A stretch of 63,992 nt of DNA, the filler included, from an uncultured Methanosarcinales archaeon (GTDB taxonomy: Archaea; Nanobdellota; Nanobdellia; Woesearchaeales; JACPBV01): the NCBI GenBank assembly GCA_964492935.1. It is 3 parts of 3 records of this genome, joined end to end, with 100 filler letters (N's around TTAATTAATTAA, not from the genome) between each part and the next. Parts side by side here need not be neighbours in the genome. Positions count along the whole stretch, not along the records: positions 22,531 to 44,351 come from CAZBLF010000019.1; positions 44,452 to 63,992 come from CAZBLF010000022.1; 1 more part is not named here. The stretch is one strand, 5' to 3'. Shown here in pieces: positions 38,501 through 48,862 of this stretch; position 1 is the first letter of the stretch; the number at the start of each line of letters is the position of its first letter. The position numbers and the translations under genes were made by a program. Below the pieces are notes generated by a model, which searched no databases, was not told where the DNA came from, and saw only the letters and a program-made list of their open reading frames with translations.

Positions 38501-40459
38501 ATGAAACGCCTTTTACTTCTTTTTTTACTTCTTACCATACCCATTACACTTGCAGACTCCCTCTTTCAACATGAGCAAGTCACTAGCGAAATAAGCATCA
38601 CCGGATCCGCTAGAGTAAAGTCGCAAGCCCGTGTAGACGATCTTGATTATGCCATCATCAACCTTTCCTTCTTTCCACAATCCAATTTCCAACAACAAGT
38701 CACGAAATTCACCATAACTCCCAATGCACCCATCACACATTCAATCGTCAACTTCAACTGGAAGAAACCCAATAAAGCAGCATTAGATTTCGGCATCCAA
38801 GCAACCGTTGTAACCAAACCCGAAATCATCAAAGTCACCAAGAAAATTCCCTTTCCCCTGCAAAATATTCCAAATTCAGCAAAAATCTACCTAGACTCCT
38901 CCGAAACCATCGATGCAACCAATCCAGATATCGTTGCATTAGCAAATCAGCTAGCTTCAGGCAAGGATGACTTGTATGAAGTCGTCTTTACCCTAGCAAA
39001 ATGGTCGAAAGAGAACATTGAGTACGATCTCTCTACCCTAACCGAGAGCGTCTCCCAAAAAGCATCCTGGGTACTGGAAAACAAAAGAGGAGTCTGTGAC
39101 GAATTAACCAACCTCTTCATCGCCATGAATCGTGCTCTAGGAATCCCAGCAAAATTCATTTCCGGCGTCGCCTACACCGATAGCGTCCCCACCGAAGACG
39201 GCTTTGGCGCCCACGGCTGGGCCGAAGTCTATTTCCCCGGACACGGTTGGATACCCTTCGATGTAACCTATGGCGAGTATGGATATCTCGACGAGTTACA
39301 CATCAAACTCAAGGAAGCGGTTGACGCCATTAAACCGTCAACACAATACCAATGGCTCGGTCGAGACATAACATTAGCAACATCCGCACTAGAAATCAAC
39401 ACAGAAATCACGGAGCGTATTCGAAAAAAGCAAGACCTCGTTGAAATCAAAGTCATCCCCGAGAAATCAAGAGTGGGATTTGGCAGCTACAACGTCATCC
39501 AAGTCACCGTTGAAAATTTGCAAGACTTCTATCTCGCCACCGACATCATCCTTTCAAAATCCGAGGAAATAACCTTAGTGGAAGACAATAAGCAAGCAAT
39601 ACTCCTCAAACCAGGGCAAAGCAAACAGCTCTACTGGCTCGTCCAAGTAGATGAATTCCTCCAACCCGGTTTCATCTACACCTTCCCGATGGTCGCATCA
39701 ACCACCCGCAACACCTCCTACGCCTCCGAGTTCAAGGTACAAGAAGAGTTTGTAACATTAACAAGACAACAAGCCCAACGCATCATTAATGATGCAGCAA
39801 AAGAGGAGGAAAAAACACTATCGAGAGAAATAGCAATCGATTGTAATCCTACCACCACCAGCATCTATACCCGCTCTCCAGTCGACATCAACTGCCTCAT
39901 CAGAAATAACGGCAATACCCCTCTCACCAAGCTCAACGTCTGTCTCGACACCCTCTGCAAGACCGTAGATGTGCCGATTGCAAAGACTGCACCCGCATCT
40001 TTCACGTTCTCCTCAGCTGTTGCCGGCACCCAGGAAGTAGTCATCACCGCTCAAAATGCCCACATCTTCAAACGCACCGAATTAGATCTCACCGTCTTAG
40101 ATGCACCCGTCATCACCATCAAAGACATCGAACTCCCAGCTGAAGTAGGATACGAAGATGAATTCAAAATCACCTTCACCCTAGAAAAAACCTCGATAAG
40201 CAAACCCCAAGACGTCCTCATCCAAATCCTACCGTTAAAGCACGAGTGGACCCTAGATCAATTACAACAAGATAGAAGATTCAGTTTAATCCTCAAAGGC
40301 AAACATCTAAGTGCAGGAGAAAATACACTCAATCTTAAAGCAACCTACCACGACTTCGATGGCATCGAATTCCAAAACAAAAAAACAGCCACCATAACGT
40401 TAATCAATGTATCAGCCTGGCAACGCATCAAACTCTTCTTTTCAGGAATATTCAGGTAA
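38501..40459 (+). CDS. secreted transglutaminase-like protein with Ig-like (CARDB-type) domains
   Basis: Signal peptide; GVCDE, HGWAEV, WIPFDVT (Cys-His-Asp triad); IRNNGNTPL. Confidence 0.88.
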   Translation: MKRLLLLFLLLTIPITLADSLFQHEQVTSEISITGSARVKSQARVDDLDYAIINLSFFPQSNFQQQVTKFTITPNAPITHSIVNFNWKKPNKAALDFGIQATVVTKPEIIKVTKKIPFPLQNIPNSAKIYLDSSETIDATNPDIVALANQLASGKDDLYEVVFTLAKWSKENIEYDLSTLTESVSQKASWVLENKRGVCDELTNLFIAMNRALGIPAKFISGVAYTDSVPTEDGFGAHGWAEVYFPGHGWIPFDVTYGEYGYLDELHIKLKEAVDAIKPSTQYQWLGRDITLATSALEINTEITERIRKKQDLVEIKVIPEKSRVGFGSYNVIQVTVENLQDFYLATDIILSKSEEITLVEDNKQAILLKPGQSKQLYWLVQVDEFLQPGFIYTFPMVASTTRNTSYASEFKVQEEFVTLTRQQAQRIINDAAKEEEKTLSREIAIDCNPTTTSIYTRSPVDINCLIRNNGNTPLTKLNVCLDTLCKTVDVPIAKTAPASFTFSSAVAGTQEVVITAQNAHIFKRTELDLTVLDAPVITIKDIELPAEVGYEDEFKITFTLEKTSISKPQDVLIQILPLKHEWTLDQLQQDRRFSLILKGKHLSAGENTLNLKATYHDFDGIEFQNKKTATITLINVSAWQRIKLFFSGIFR

Positions 40460-40502
40460 CTTCTAAAATACTTTTTTAAACAGATTACCACTCTTTTCCA
40501 TC

Positions 40503-41796
40503 ATGCCTTCAGATGAAATAAATCGGCAAGCAAATGCGATGCTAGAGCAGATCATAGGAGGTCTTCCTATCCAGGACGTTTCGGCAAGAGTTAAGGAGTT
40601 CAAAGGAAATCTAAGGGGGGAGAAAGCACGGCTACTGCCCAGTTCGATCCAGCAGTACATCTATTCCTGGATACGCCCACTTCAGAGTATTTCCCACCAA
40701 GCTACAGGCCCAGCGGAAATTTTAAAGTAAAGAGAGAAACGGGAATAGTTTCACAAGCACATAATGTCATCGTTGCATCGACCAATATTCCGAAAAACGA
40801 GCAACATCAAGCAGATCTATCTGGTGCACAAACCACTTTTTTCTTAGGGGAGACCCCGCAGGAACAGCGTTGGCACTTGCCTTATATGAAGACATCAAAA
40901 CAGAGCTCCACACATTCATAGGAAGCGATGCACTAGGAACTAAACTAGCCGAAGTCTATCAAGAAATAGGAATTCCTGTGCATGCATTCGAGACGGGACA
41001 TCCTCAGGGCCTACAATGGGACATTGCTTATGGTGGAAAAAGAATCGCCTCCATTACACTCAATCAGCATCAAGATCTTGAACAAAAATACTTCGACGAA
41101 AGATTGTCCTTTCTAGAGAGCAGATTGGGTAGCATGGAGAATGAGTTTTTTGTAAATGGTGGAGCACCCCAAGGCACCACAAGAAATCATTTTGCAGGAG
41201 AGGAACTAGAACTTGCAAGGACAATACGGCATATCACCTTCGCCGACACCAAGAATAGACTGGGGAAAGTGGGTTTCGAAGCAATATTAAATCATGCCAT
41301 GCACGCTCATCTCAATAGTTCAGAACTCTGGCTAGTTGAACAGTCTCTTATCCACGGAAGGGAATGGAACGAAAAACTAGAAAATCAAGCTTATCGAGAC
41401 GGAGCAGCAGAGATGGAATCAGATCCTAAGCGAGCAGAAGTACTCTTTCGCAATCTCAAAAAAGCACGAATAGTGCAAGAGGATTTCACACTCATCGCAA
41501 CGCTAGATGCACAGGGAGCTAGCGTGATACGCAAGGAACTGGTATACAGAGGGGTTCCACCTGATCAAACCGAGTATGCCCAGCAACATGGCGGAAGCGA
41601 CGCGGGAGCAGGAAATGTAGCACTAGCAGGCTACATTAATGGATTCTTCAGGAATGGGCACTATGGAGGAACAAAAGGAGTCTGCGCATGGGGAGCAGCT
41701 GCCTGTCGTGGACCCGGAAGTCTAGGCGGTTCAAAGCAGGATATCACAGAGATTAAGCCAAATGTAGAAATCCGAGAATATCTACTGCGTAGATAA
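40503..41796 (+). pseudogene. PfkB/ribokinase-like gene split by two frameshifts at G-tracts
   Basis: Adding one G at 40615-40620 and one at 40847-40850 gives a 431-aa ORF with FFLGGDPAGTALAL...FIGSDALG and DAGAGNVALAGY. Confidence 0.68.
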
Positions 41797-41856
41797 AAGG
41801 CCCATTTTCAATTTTTTCAGGTAAATTATATAAACACCCAACAAACTTCTACTATC

Positions 41857-43140
41857 ATGTTATCCATTAAATTCATTCGCGAAAACACAGATCTCATAAA
41901 GAAGGATCTCAAAAAGCGCCAAGATAAAGAAAAACTCAAATGGGTAGATGAAATCATCACAATTGATGAAGAATACAGAAAACTTCTAGTCGCAACCCAA
42001 AAACTACGTCATAGCAGAAACGAAATAACCAGAGAAATTAGCGATCTTAAAAAGGCAGGCAAAGACTTCAAAGAAAAGGTCCAGGAAGCCAAAGAACTAC
42101 CTGATAAAATTAAACAACAGGAAGGCGTTGTTGAAGAGTTAAAAAAGAAGATCAAATACTACCAATTACGACTGCCAAACATCCTTCACGAATCCGTCCC
42201 GTACGGAAAGGATGATGGAGAGAACCAAGAAGTAAGAAAGAACGGCACCATAAAAACACAAAAATTCGAATTACAACCCCACGGAGAATTAATCGAAAAG
42301 CACGGCCTAGCCGATTTCGATACCGCAGCACAAATCTCCGGAAAGGGATTCTACTACCTGTTAGGAGATCTAGCTCTTATGGAGCTTGCATTACAGCAAT
42401 TCGCAATAGATTTTCTAGTCAAGAAAGGCTTCACTTTAGTACAGCCCCCCTTCATGATGCGTCGTGAACCGTATGAGGGTGTAACAGACCTAGAAGATTT
42501 CAAGAGCATGATGTATAAAGTCGAAGCAGAGGACGAAGAGCTCTTCTTAATCGCAACCTCCGAACATCCCATCGGAGCAATGCTCATGGACAAAGTCATC
42601 GACGAATCAAAATTACCGATGAAATTGGCAGGACTATCCGCATGCTTCAGAAAAGAGATCGGATCCCACGGTATTGACGAGCGTGGATTATTTAGAGTCC
42701 ACCAATTCAACAAAATTGAACAGTTCGTCTTCTGCAAGCCCGAAGATTCGTGGAAAATTCACGAGGAACTTATCCATAATGCGGAACAACTCTTCCAAAA
42801 GTTAAAATTACCCTACAGAATCGTCAACATCTGTACCGGCGACATCGGCATCGTAGCATCCAAAAAATACGACCTCGAAGTCTGGATGCCCCGCGAGAAG
42901 AAATACAAAGAGGCAGTCTCCTGCAGCAACTGCACCGCCTATCAAGCTACCCGATTAAATATCAAATACCAAAAAGAAAGCGAAAAGCAAAACGTCCACA
43001 CCCTCAATTCGACAGCAATAGCCACAGGAAGATGCCTAAGAGCAATCATCGAAAATTATCAGAATGAAGATGGCACCATAGAAGTTCCTAAAGTGCTACA
43101 GCCCTATATGCACGGAATCAAAGTATTAGGAAAAAAATAA
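41857..43140 (+). CDS. serS: serine--tRNA ligase
   Basis: LIATSEH, FRKEIGSHG, RVHQFNKIEQF, SCSNCT, HTLNST motifs. Confidence 0.97.
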   Translation: MLSIKFIRENTDLIKKDLKKRQDKEKLKWVDEIITIDEEYRKLLVATQKLRHSRNEITREISDLKKAGKDFKEKVQEAKELPDKIKQQEGVVEELKKKIKYYQLRLPNILHESVPYGKDDGENQEVRKNGTIKTQKFELQPHGELIEKHGLADFDTAAQISGKGFYYLLGDLALMELALQQFAIDFLVKKGFTLVQPPFMMRREPYEGVTDLEDFKSMMYKVEAEDEELFLIATSEHPIGAMLMDKVIDESKLPMKLAGLSACFRKEIGSHGIDERGLFRVHQFNKIEQFVFCKPEDSWKIHEELIHNAEQLFQKLKLPYRIVNICTGDIGIVASKKYDLEVWMPREKKYKEAVSCSNCTAYQATRLNIKYQKESEKQNVHTLNSTAIATGRCLRAIIENYQNEDGTIEVPKVLQPYMHGIKVLGKK

Positions 43141-43151
43141 AGAAGTAGATA

Positions 43152-43841
43152 TTAATCCAAACCATGTGCAGGCTCCTCAAAGCCCATTAGTTCGCCTAAT
43201 TCTTCCACAGATAATGTCTGCTCTAAGACTTTCCTTTTAAAATTAATAATCACATACGATTCTGATCCCTGTGCAGCAGACCGGGCATAATCATATGATT
43301 GATGTTCAGAATCGTTTAATAGTTCTTCGAATGCAGGGTCAGAAAGGTTTTCAACTTTCTTGATGGTGAATGATTGATCATAGAATCTCCGCAAAGAATC
43401 TAGATTATTGACAACAACAATTTGCTTGTCTCCCGAATCAAACTCAGTAGGGGGACTCCAATCCTCTTTAGGAGACACTACATAATTTCGCAATGGACGA
43501 ATCCAGTCCAATTCCAATCGCTGCCTTTTACCTATTGTCTCTCCATCACCGATATTTATTCCCATCGCACGATAGGTATGGTGGTGTTCAAGGACACCAT
43601 CCTTTAACACTGCAACGTCAGAATGATTACTCGGGTCCAAATCAAGAAAAGATAAAGGAGTATCGCTTCCTGGTTTAAGATACCATTCGTTTTCACTAAA
43701 AGCCACCGTCGCCAATCTCTGAGGTTTTCTTTCAGGAAAAAAGCCCTCCTGTGTCAAGTCGTATCGTTCAGCCACTTTAGGATTCAAATCTACTCTGTGA
43801 GGAGTATCTGAATGTCTGTAAAGAATCGATTGGATACTCAT
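43152..43841 (-). CDS. hypothetical protein
   Basis: 229 aa ORF with TTTTATAA upstream. Confidence 0.65.
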   Translation of the reverse strand: MSIQSILYRHSDTPHRVDLNPKVAERYDLTQEGFFPERKPQRLATVAFSENEWYLKPGSDTPLSFLDLDPSNHSDVAVLKDGVLEHHHTYRAMGINIGDGETIGKRQRLELDWIRPLRNYVVSPKEDWSPPTEFDSGDKQIVVVNNLDSLRRFYDQSFTIKKVENLSDPAFEELLNDSEHQSYDYARSAAQGSESYVIINFKRKVLEQTLSVEELGELMGFEEPAHGLD

Positions 43842-44023
43842 AAAGGAAGAGAGGGAGTTTTCTTATAAAAAAGGAACAGTTTAGAAGTGCTAGGAAAAAA
43901 GTAAAATTCTAAAAAAATAAAAAAATAACATACTCCCAAAATGAATCCAGCTGATGGGGGACGGCATTCATCCCACAACTGAAGTTGGGGGTATTCTGCC
44001 TAAGATTTTATAAAAGAAATAAA

Positions 44024-44221
44024 TTATTTCTTCTTAGCTTCAGCCTGGCAGCCCTTACAACTTCCAGAACCCAACTTACCTACTCCAATGAGCAAGAAGA
44101 GTGCCGTGTACCAACTAATACCGAAGAAAGCCCATTTGCCCATATCCTGGAGCAAAAACAAAATACCTAATGCTAATACTAGATATCCACATATTTTACT
44201 ACATTTTTCACAACCATGCAT
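44024..44221 (-). CDS. small two-TM protein with flanking CxxC motifs
   Basis: GGAGGTGA SD; MHGCEKC...two TM helices...CKGC. Confidence 0.72.
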   Translation of the reverse strand: MHGCEKCSKICGYLVLALGILFLLQDMGKWAFFGISWYTALFLLIGVGKLGSGSCKGCQAEAKKK

Positions 44222-44351
44222 AGCAATCACCTCCTAAGTGAATATCTTTCTCAGCCAAACCCATATATAAGCTTTTGCCATAGCAAAAATTCTCCCCTTT
44301 AAAGGAGAATTCCGTACTCTGCTTTAGCAGAGTGATAAACGCTAAATAACT

Positions 44352-44451
44352 NNNNNNNNNNNNNNNNNNNNNNNNNNNNNNNNNNNNNNNNNNNNTTAAT
44401 TAATTAANNNNNNNNNNNNNNNNNNNNNNNNNNNNNNNNNNNNNNNNNNNN
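44352..44451. other. artificial contig-joining spacer
   Basis: N44-TTAATTAATTAA-N44. Confidence 0.95.
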
Positions 44452-44470
44452 AGGCTATGGATCGGTGTCT

Positions 44471-45076
44471 ATGAGATTACTCTTGGCACGGCATGGACAG
44501 ACGGACTGGAACGATGCAGGTAAATTTCAAGGTATGAGTGACATACCGTTGAATGCGCTTGGTTTGGAGCAGGCTCGATTGCTTGCTGAACGTTTGAAGA
44601 ATGAGAAGATTGATGTTATTTATTCTAGTGCTTTGAAGCGTGCTCATAAGACAGCTACGATTGTTGGTGAATCACATAGTATTGGGGTGGTTCCGCGAGA
44701 GGATTTGAATGAGCGGACCTATGGTAAGTGGGATGGTCTTACTGAGGAGCAGATTAGAGAACAGTATGGAGAAGATTTTGATGCGTACTGCAAGGATAGA
44801 TATGATGTTGCGCCCACAGAGGGAGAGAGTATTAAGCAGATTACTCAGCGTGTGGCTGCTTTTTTGGAGATGGTGAAGGGTGAGGGGGGTACCGTACTTG
44901 TGGTGACGCACAGTGGGACGTTACGCGGTTTGCTGGATGGATTGTTAGACTATAGTCATGAAGAGGTTGCCAATCTGAGGTTTAAGCAGACTTCGCTGAC
45001 TTCAATTACTATCGAAGATGGAAGGGTGACGTTAGATTTTATTAATTCTACGGATCATTTGCGAGGGAGTGAATGA
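44471..45076 (+). CDS. histidine phosphatase family protein
   Basis: RHGQTDWN, SSALKRA, GES, VTHSG motifs. Confidence 0.92.
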   Translation: MRLLLARHGQTDWNDAGKFQGMSDIPLNALGLEQARLLAERLKNEKIDVIYSSALKRAHKTATIVGESHSIGVVPREDLNERTYGKWDGLTEEQIREQYGEDFDAYCKDRYDVAPTEGESIKQITQRVAAFLEMVKGEGGTVLVVTHSGTLRGLLDGLLDYSHEEVANLRFKQTSLTSITIEDGRVTLDFINSTDHLRGSE

Positions 45077-46155
45077 AGACTCTTACCTTGACGCTTGACT
45101 CCGCATCATATCCGATCATGATTGACGCAGGACTGATGAAGGGTGTTGCAGCTCTTTTGAAGAAAGAGAATCTGGGTGGCAGGTATGTTATAATTTCTGA
45201 TAGTACGGTAGCTAAACTGTATGGAACTGATCTTGAGCAGAGTATGAAGAAAGAAGGTCTGGACGTTTCTTTGCTGTCATTTCCGGCTGGAGAGGAGCAT
45301 AAGCATTTGAAAACCTATACTGCTTTACAGGAGCAGCTTTTTGAGCTGGGATGTGATAGATCAACCACTATTATTGCACTAGGCGGTGGAGTTGTAGGAG
45401 ATGTTGCTGGTTTCGTTGCGGCAACCTATATGCGAGGAATACCTGTGGTGCAGATTCCTACTACTTTACTTGCAATGGTTGATGCATCGATTGGAGGAAA
45501 GACTGGTGTAGATTTGGAGACGGGAAAGAATATTGTAGGAGTGTTTCATCAGCCGAGAATGGTGTTGATTGATCCTGAAGTTCTTGGCAGTTTGGAGGCT
45601 GATGAGATTAAAAATGGGTTGGCAGAATGTGTTAAGCACGGCTGCATAGCAGATGTTACTTTACTTGATTTTATAGAGACGAAGATGGATGCTTTTTTTG
45701 CTGGTACTCCTGGTGCGTTAGCGGAGTTGATTTTTAGGAATTGTAGTATTAAGGTGGATGTTGTGATGCAGGATGAAAAGGAATCTGGCATTCGGAAAAT
45801 GTTGAATTATGGCCATACGTTTGGTCATGCTTTAGAGGTGAGTAGGGGTTATGCTACTATTTCTCACGGTGCCGCAATTGCTCTGGGTATGGTTGTAGCT
45901 GCTCGGCTTTCGGTTAGCGTAGGGAGATTGAGTAAGCTGGAATGTGATCGTCAGATTGCTTTGCTTGAGAGGATAGGATTTAAGATTACATTAGCGGATG
46001 ATTCGGTTGAGGATATTATTAAGTTGATGAAAAAGGATAAGAAGATGATTGATGGTGCATTGAAGTTTGTTTTACTAGAGAGGTTAGGCAAGGTGGACTT
46101 GGATGTTGCGGTTACAGATGCAGATATTGCTGCAGTTATGAGGGGGATGGCGTAA
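45073..46155 (+). CDS. aroB: 3-dehydroquinate synthase
   Basis: GGGVVGD, PTTLLAMVDASIGGKT, LNYGHTFGHALE, HGAA. Confidence 0.96.
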   Translation: MKTLTLTLDSASYPIMIDAGLMKGVAALLKKENLGGRYVIISDSTVAKLYGTDLEQSMKKEGLDVSLLSFPAGEEHKHLKTYTALQEQLFELGCDRSTTIIALGGGVVGDVAGFVAATYMRGIPVVQIPTTLLAMVDASIGGKTGVDLETGKNIVGVFHQPRMVLIDPEVLGSLEADEIKNGLAECVKHGCIADVTLLDFIETKMDAFFAGTPGALAELIFRNCSIKVDVVMQDEKESGIRKMLNYGHTFGHALEVSRGYATISHGAAIALGMVVAARLSVSVGRLSKLECDRQIALLERIGFKITLADDSVEDIIKLMKKDKKMIDGALKFVLLERLGKVDLDVAVTDADIAAVMRGMA

Positions 46156-47582
46156 TGTTGTGTGTCCCGCTTACGGTTACTTCGAAAAAGGAGGTTAGTA
46201 AGTTCCTTTCTGCAGCTAATCGGCATGCGGATTGTATCGAGTTACGGTTAGATTATTTTCGTAGAAAGCCTGACTTAAAAAAACTGGTTGCAGGATGTAA
46301 GAAACCGGTTATTGTTACCTTACGAAAAAAAAGTGAAGGCGGAAAGTATGGATATAACGCGAAGGCTCGTCTTGCATTGTATAGTGAAGCTATTCGGATG
46401 CAGGTAGATTACGTGGATATTGAACTTTCTTCTGGGTCCTTGATTGCGGGACTGGAGAAGGTGCTAGCAGGGAGCAGAACGCAGTTGATTGTGTCGCACC
46501 ATGACTTTCGTTCTACCGATAGGAAGATCCTTTCTGGAGTGTATGTTAGCATGAAAAAGATTCCTGGTGCGATTATGAAGATTGCTACTCATGCTCAACA
46601 GATTGAAGATAATGTTGTTCTTTTTGAATTGTTGAGACAGGCGAAAAAGGATAAAAGAGAGATGATTGGTCTTTGTATGGGTGATGTTGGAAAAGTAAGT
46701 AGGATTCTTGCGTTGAAGCAGGGATCTTTGTTGACGTATGCTTCTTTGGGTGAGGGATCGGCCCCTGGGCAGATTTCTTTACGGGAGATGAAGGAGCTGT
46801 ATCGACTTGATGTTTTGAAACAGCCGAAGGTTTTCGGTCTTGTAGGAAATCCGGTAGAGCATAGTACGGGTTATTTGTTTCATAATGAGAATTTTGCAAA
46901 GAAGCGGAAGCAGGCTTTGTATGTTAATTTCCATGCAACAGATATTCGGTCTTTTTTGGGTGCGTTTGCTCCGTATGTAGAGGGATTAAGTGTTACTCTG
47001 CCCTATAAGGAGACGATTGTTGAGTGTTTGGATAAAGTCGATAAGGATGCTGCTGGGATTGGTGCCGTTAATACGATTGTGAAGAAATCGGGCAAGCTTA
47101 TCGGTTACAATACTGATTTTCTCGGGGTGCTGGCTGCGTTAAGGAAGACTTCCTTAAAGGGAAAAAATGTTCTGGTGTTGGGTGCAGGTGGTGTTGCAAA
47201 AGCAGTGTGTTATGCTGTTGCTAGTAAGGGAGCTCAGATTACTGTTGTTAATAGAACTCATAGTAAGGCTACTACTTTGGCTGATTCGGTGGGTGGCGAG
47301 GCGTTGCCATTAGCGATGTTGGTGGCTAGCCCAGAATTTGATGTTATTATTAACTGTACGTTGTTGGGTATGGCGCCCAAGATTTCGGGTAGTCCTTTAA
47401 CTAAGGCAATGCTCAAGAAGATCAGTAACAACCGTACCGTTGTTTTTGACACGGTGTACACTCCTGAGCACACCACTCTTTTGAAGTGTGCCGATTCGCT
47501 GGGATTGCAAGTAGTATCCGGAGTTCATCTTTTTAATGAGCAAGCAAAAGCTCAATACAACCACTGGAGGAATGTCTTATGA
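46155..47582 (+). CDS. aroDE: fused type I 3-dehydroquinate dehydratase / shikimate dehydrogenase
   Basis: IELRLD, VSHHDF, APGQ followed by SVTLPYK, AVNT, NTD, GAGG. Confidence 0.92.
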   Translation: MLCVPLTVTSKKEVSKFLSAANRHADCIELRLDYFRRKPDLKKLVAGCKKPVIVTLRKKSEGGKYGYNAKARLALYSEAIRMQVDYVDIELSSGSLIAGLEKVLAGSRTQLIVSHHDFRSTDRKILSGVYVSMKKIPGAIMKIATHAQQIEDNVVLFELLRQAKKDKREMIGLCMGDVGKVSRILALKQGSLLTYASLGEGSAPGQISLREMKELYRLDVLKQPKVFGLVGNPVEHSTGYLFHNENFAKKRKQALYVNFHATDIRSFLGAFAPYVEGLSVTLPYKETIVECLDKVDKDAAGIGAVNTIVKKSGKLIGYNTDFLGVLAALRKTSLKGKNVLVLGAGGVAKAVCYAVASKGAQITVVNRTHSKATTLADSVGGEALPLAMLVASPEFDVIINCTLLGMAPKISGSPLTKAMLKKISNNRTVVFDTVYTPEHTTLLKCADSLGLQVVSGVHLFNEQAKAQYNHWRNVL

Positions 47583-48862
47583 AACTAACTGTTGAGAACA
47601 CTAAAGAACTGAAAGGAACCATTACGGTTCCGGGTTCGAAGAGCCACACGATCCGTGCAATGATCATCGCGACGTTGGCCGATGGAGTAAGCACGTTGAG
47701 AAATCCACTTGCTTCTGAGGATACGTTGGCCGCGGTAGAGGCGTGCAAGGTACTGGGTGCTGAGGTAGATATGACTGAAGCAGGTGTGTGGAAGGTTACG
47801 GGTGTTGCAGGTAAACTGAAGCAGCCGGATGAGGATCTTGACTTGAAGAATTCCGGAACGTCGTTACGATTACTTGCCGGTGTTATTGCTGCAAGCGGGT
47901 TAGAGGTTACTCTAGATGGGGATGAGTCTTTGCGTAAACGTCCGATCCAACCGTTATTGAGTGCCTTGAACATGTTGGGTGCTGAAGCATTATCTAAGCG
48001 AAATAATGGGTACAGTCCTGTTTCTATTACCGGAAGAATGACTGGAGGGAGTGTTGAGATTTCGGGTGAGACTTCGCAGTATGTCTCTTCTTTGTTGTTG
48101 GCTTGTCCGTTATTGGAGGATGACACTACGATTACAGTTACCAGACCTAATGAGCTACCGTATGTGGAGATGACGTTGTCGTGGTTGAAGGAGCAGAGTA
48201 TTAGCTATGAGGCTAATGAAGAGTTAACTCGGTTTACGATTAAGGGCGGTCAGAAGTATACGTCTTTTGATAAGGCTATTCCTGGCGATTGGAGTAGTGC
48301 AGCTTTTCCATTAGTTGCTGCAGCTATTACTCGATCCGAAATTAGTGTAAAAGGATTGTCGATGGACGATATCCAGGGCGATAAGGCGATTGTTACCTAT
48401 TTGAAGGAAATGGGTGCAGATATTACTGTTGCAGCCGATTCGATCACGATTAAAGGTGGGAGTTTGAAAGCTGCTGAATTAGATTTGAATGCTACTCCTG
48501 ACGCTTTACCTGCAATGGCGGTTGCAGGGTGTTGTGCTGAAGGTACAACGACTTTGTTTAACGTTCCGCAGGCTCGGATTAAGGAAACGGATAGAATCAG
48601 AGTTATTGCTGAAGAGCTTGGTAAGCTTGGTGGAGATCTCAAGGAGAGAGATGAAGGATTGGTGATTAATAAGAGTGTGTTTAAGGGAAGTAAGGTGCGT
48701 GGACATAGCGATCATCGAATTGTGATGGCGTTGAGTCTTGCGGGATTGATTGCGGAGGGAAGTACTAGTATTACTTCTGCGGAATCTATCGGTGTTACGT
48801 ATCCGAGTTATCTCAAGGATATGAAAGCTCTTGGTGCCAAGTTTACTTGGGAGGATAAATGA
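47579..48862 (+). CDS. aroA: EPSP synthase
   Basis: PGSKSHTIR, NSGTSLR, SQYVSSLL, RIKETDR, DHRIVM. Confidence 0.97.
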   Translation: MKLTVENTKELKGTITVPGSKSHTIRAMIIATLADGVSTLRNPLASEDTLAAVEACKVLGAEVDMTEAGVWKVTGVAGKLKQPDEDLDLKNSGTSLRLLAGVIAASGLEVTLDGDESLRKRPIQPLLSALNMLGAEALSKRNNGYSPVSITGRMTGGSVEISGETSQYVSSLLLACPLLEDDTTITVTRPNELPYVEMTLSWLKEQSISYEANEELTRFTIKGGQKYTSFDKAIPGDWSSAAFPLVAAAITRSEISVKGLSMDDIQGDKAIVTYLKEMGADITVAADSITIKGGSLKAAELDLNATPDALPAMAVAGCCAEGTTTLFNVPQARIKETDRIRVIAEELGKLGGDLKERDEGLVINKSVFKGSKVRGHSDHRIVMALSLAGLIAEGSTSITSAESIGVTYPSYLKDMKALGAKFTWEDK

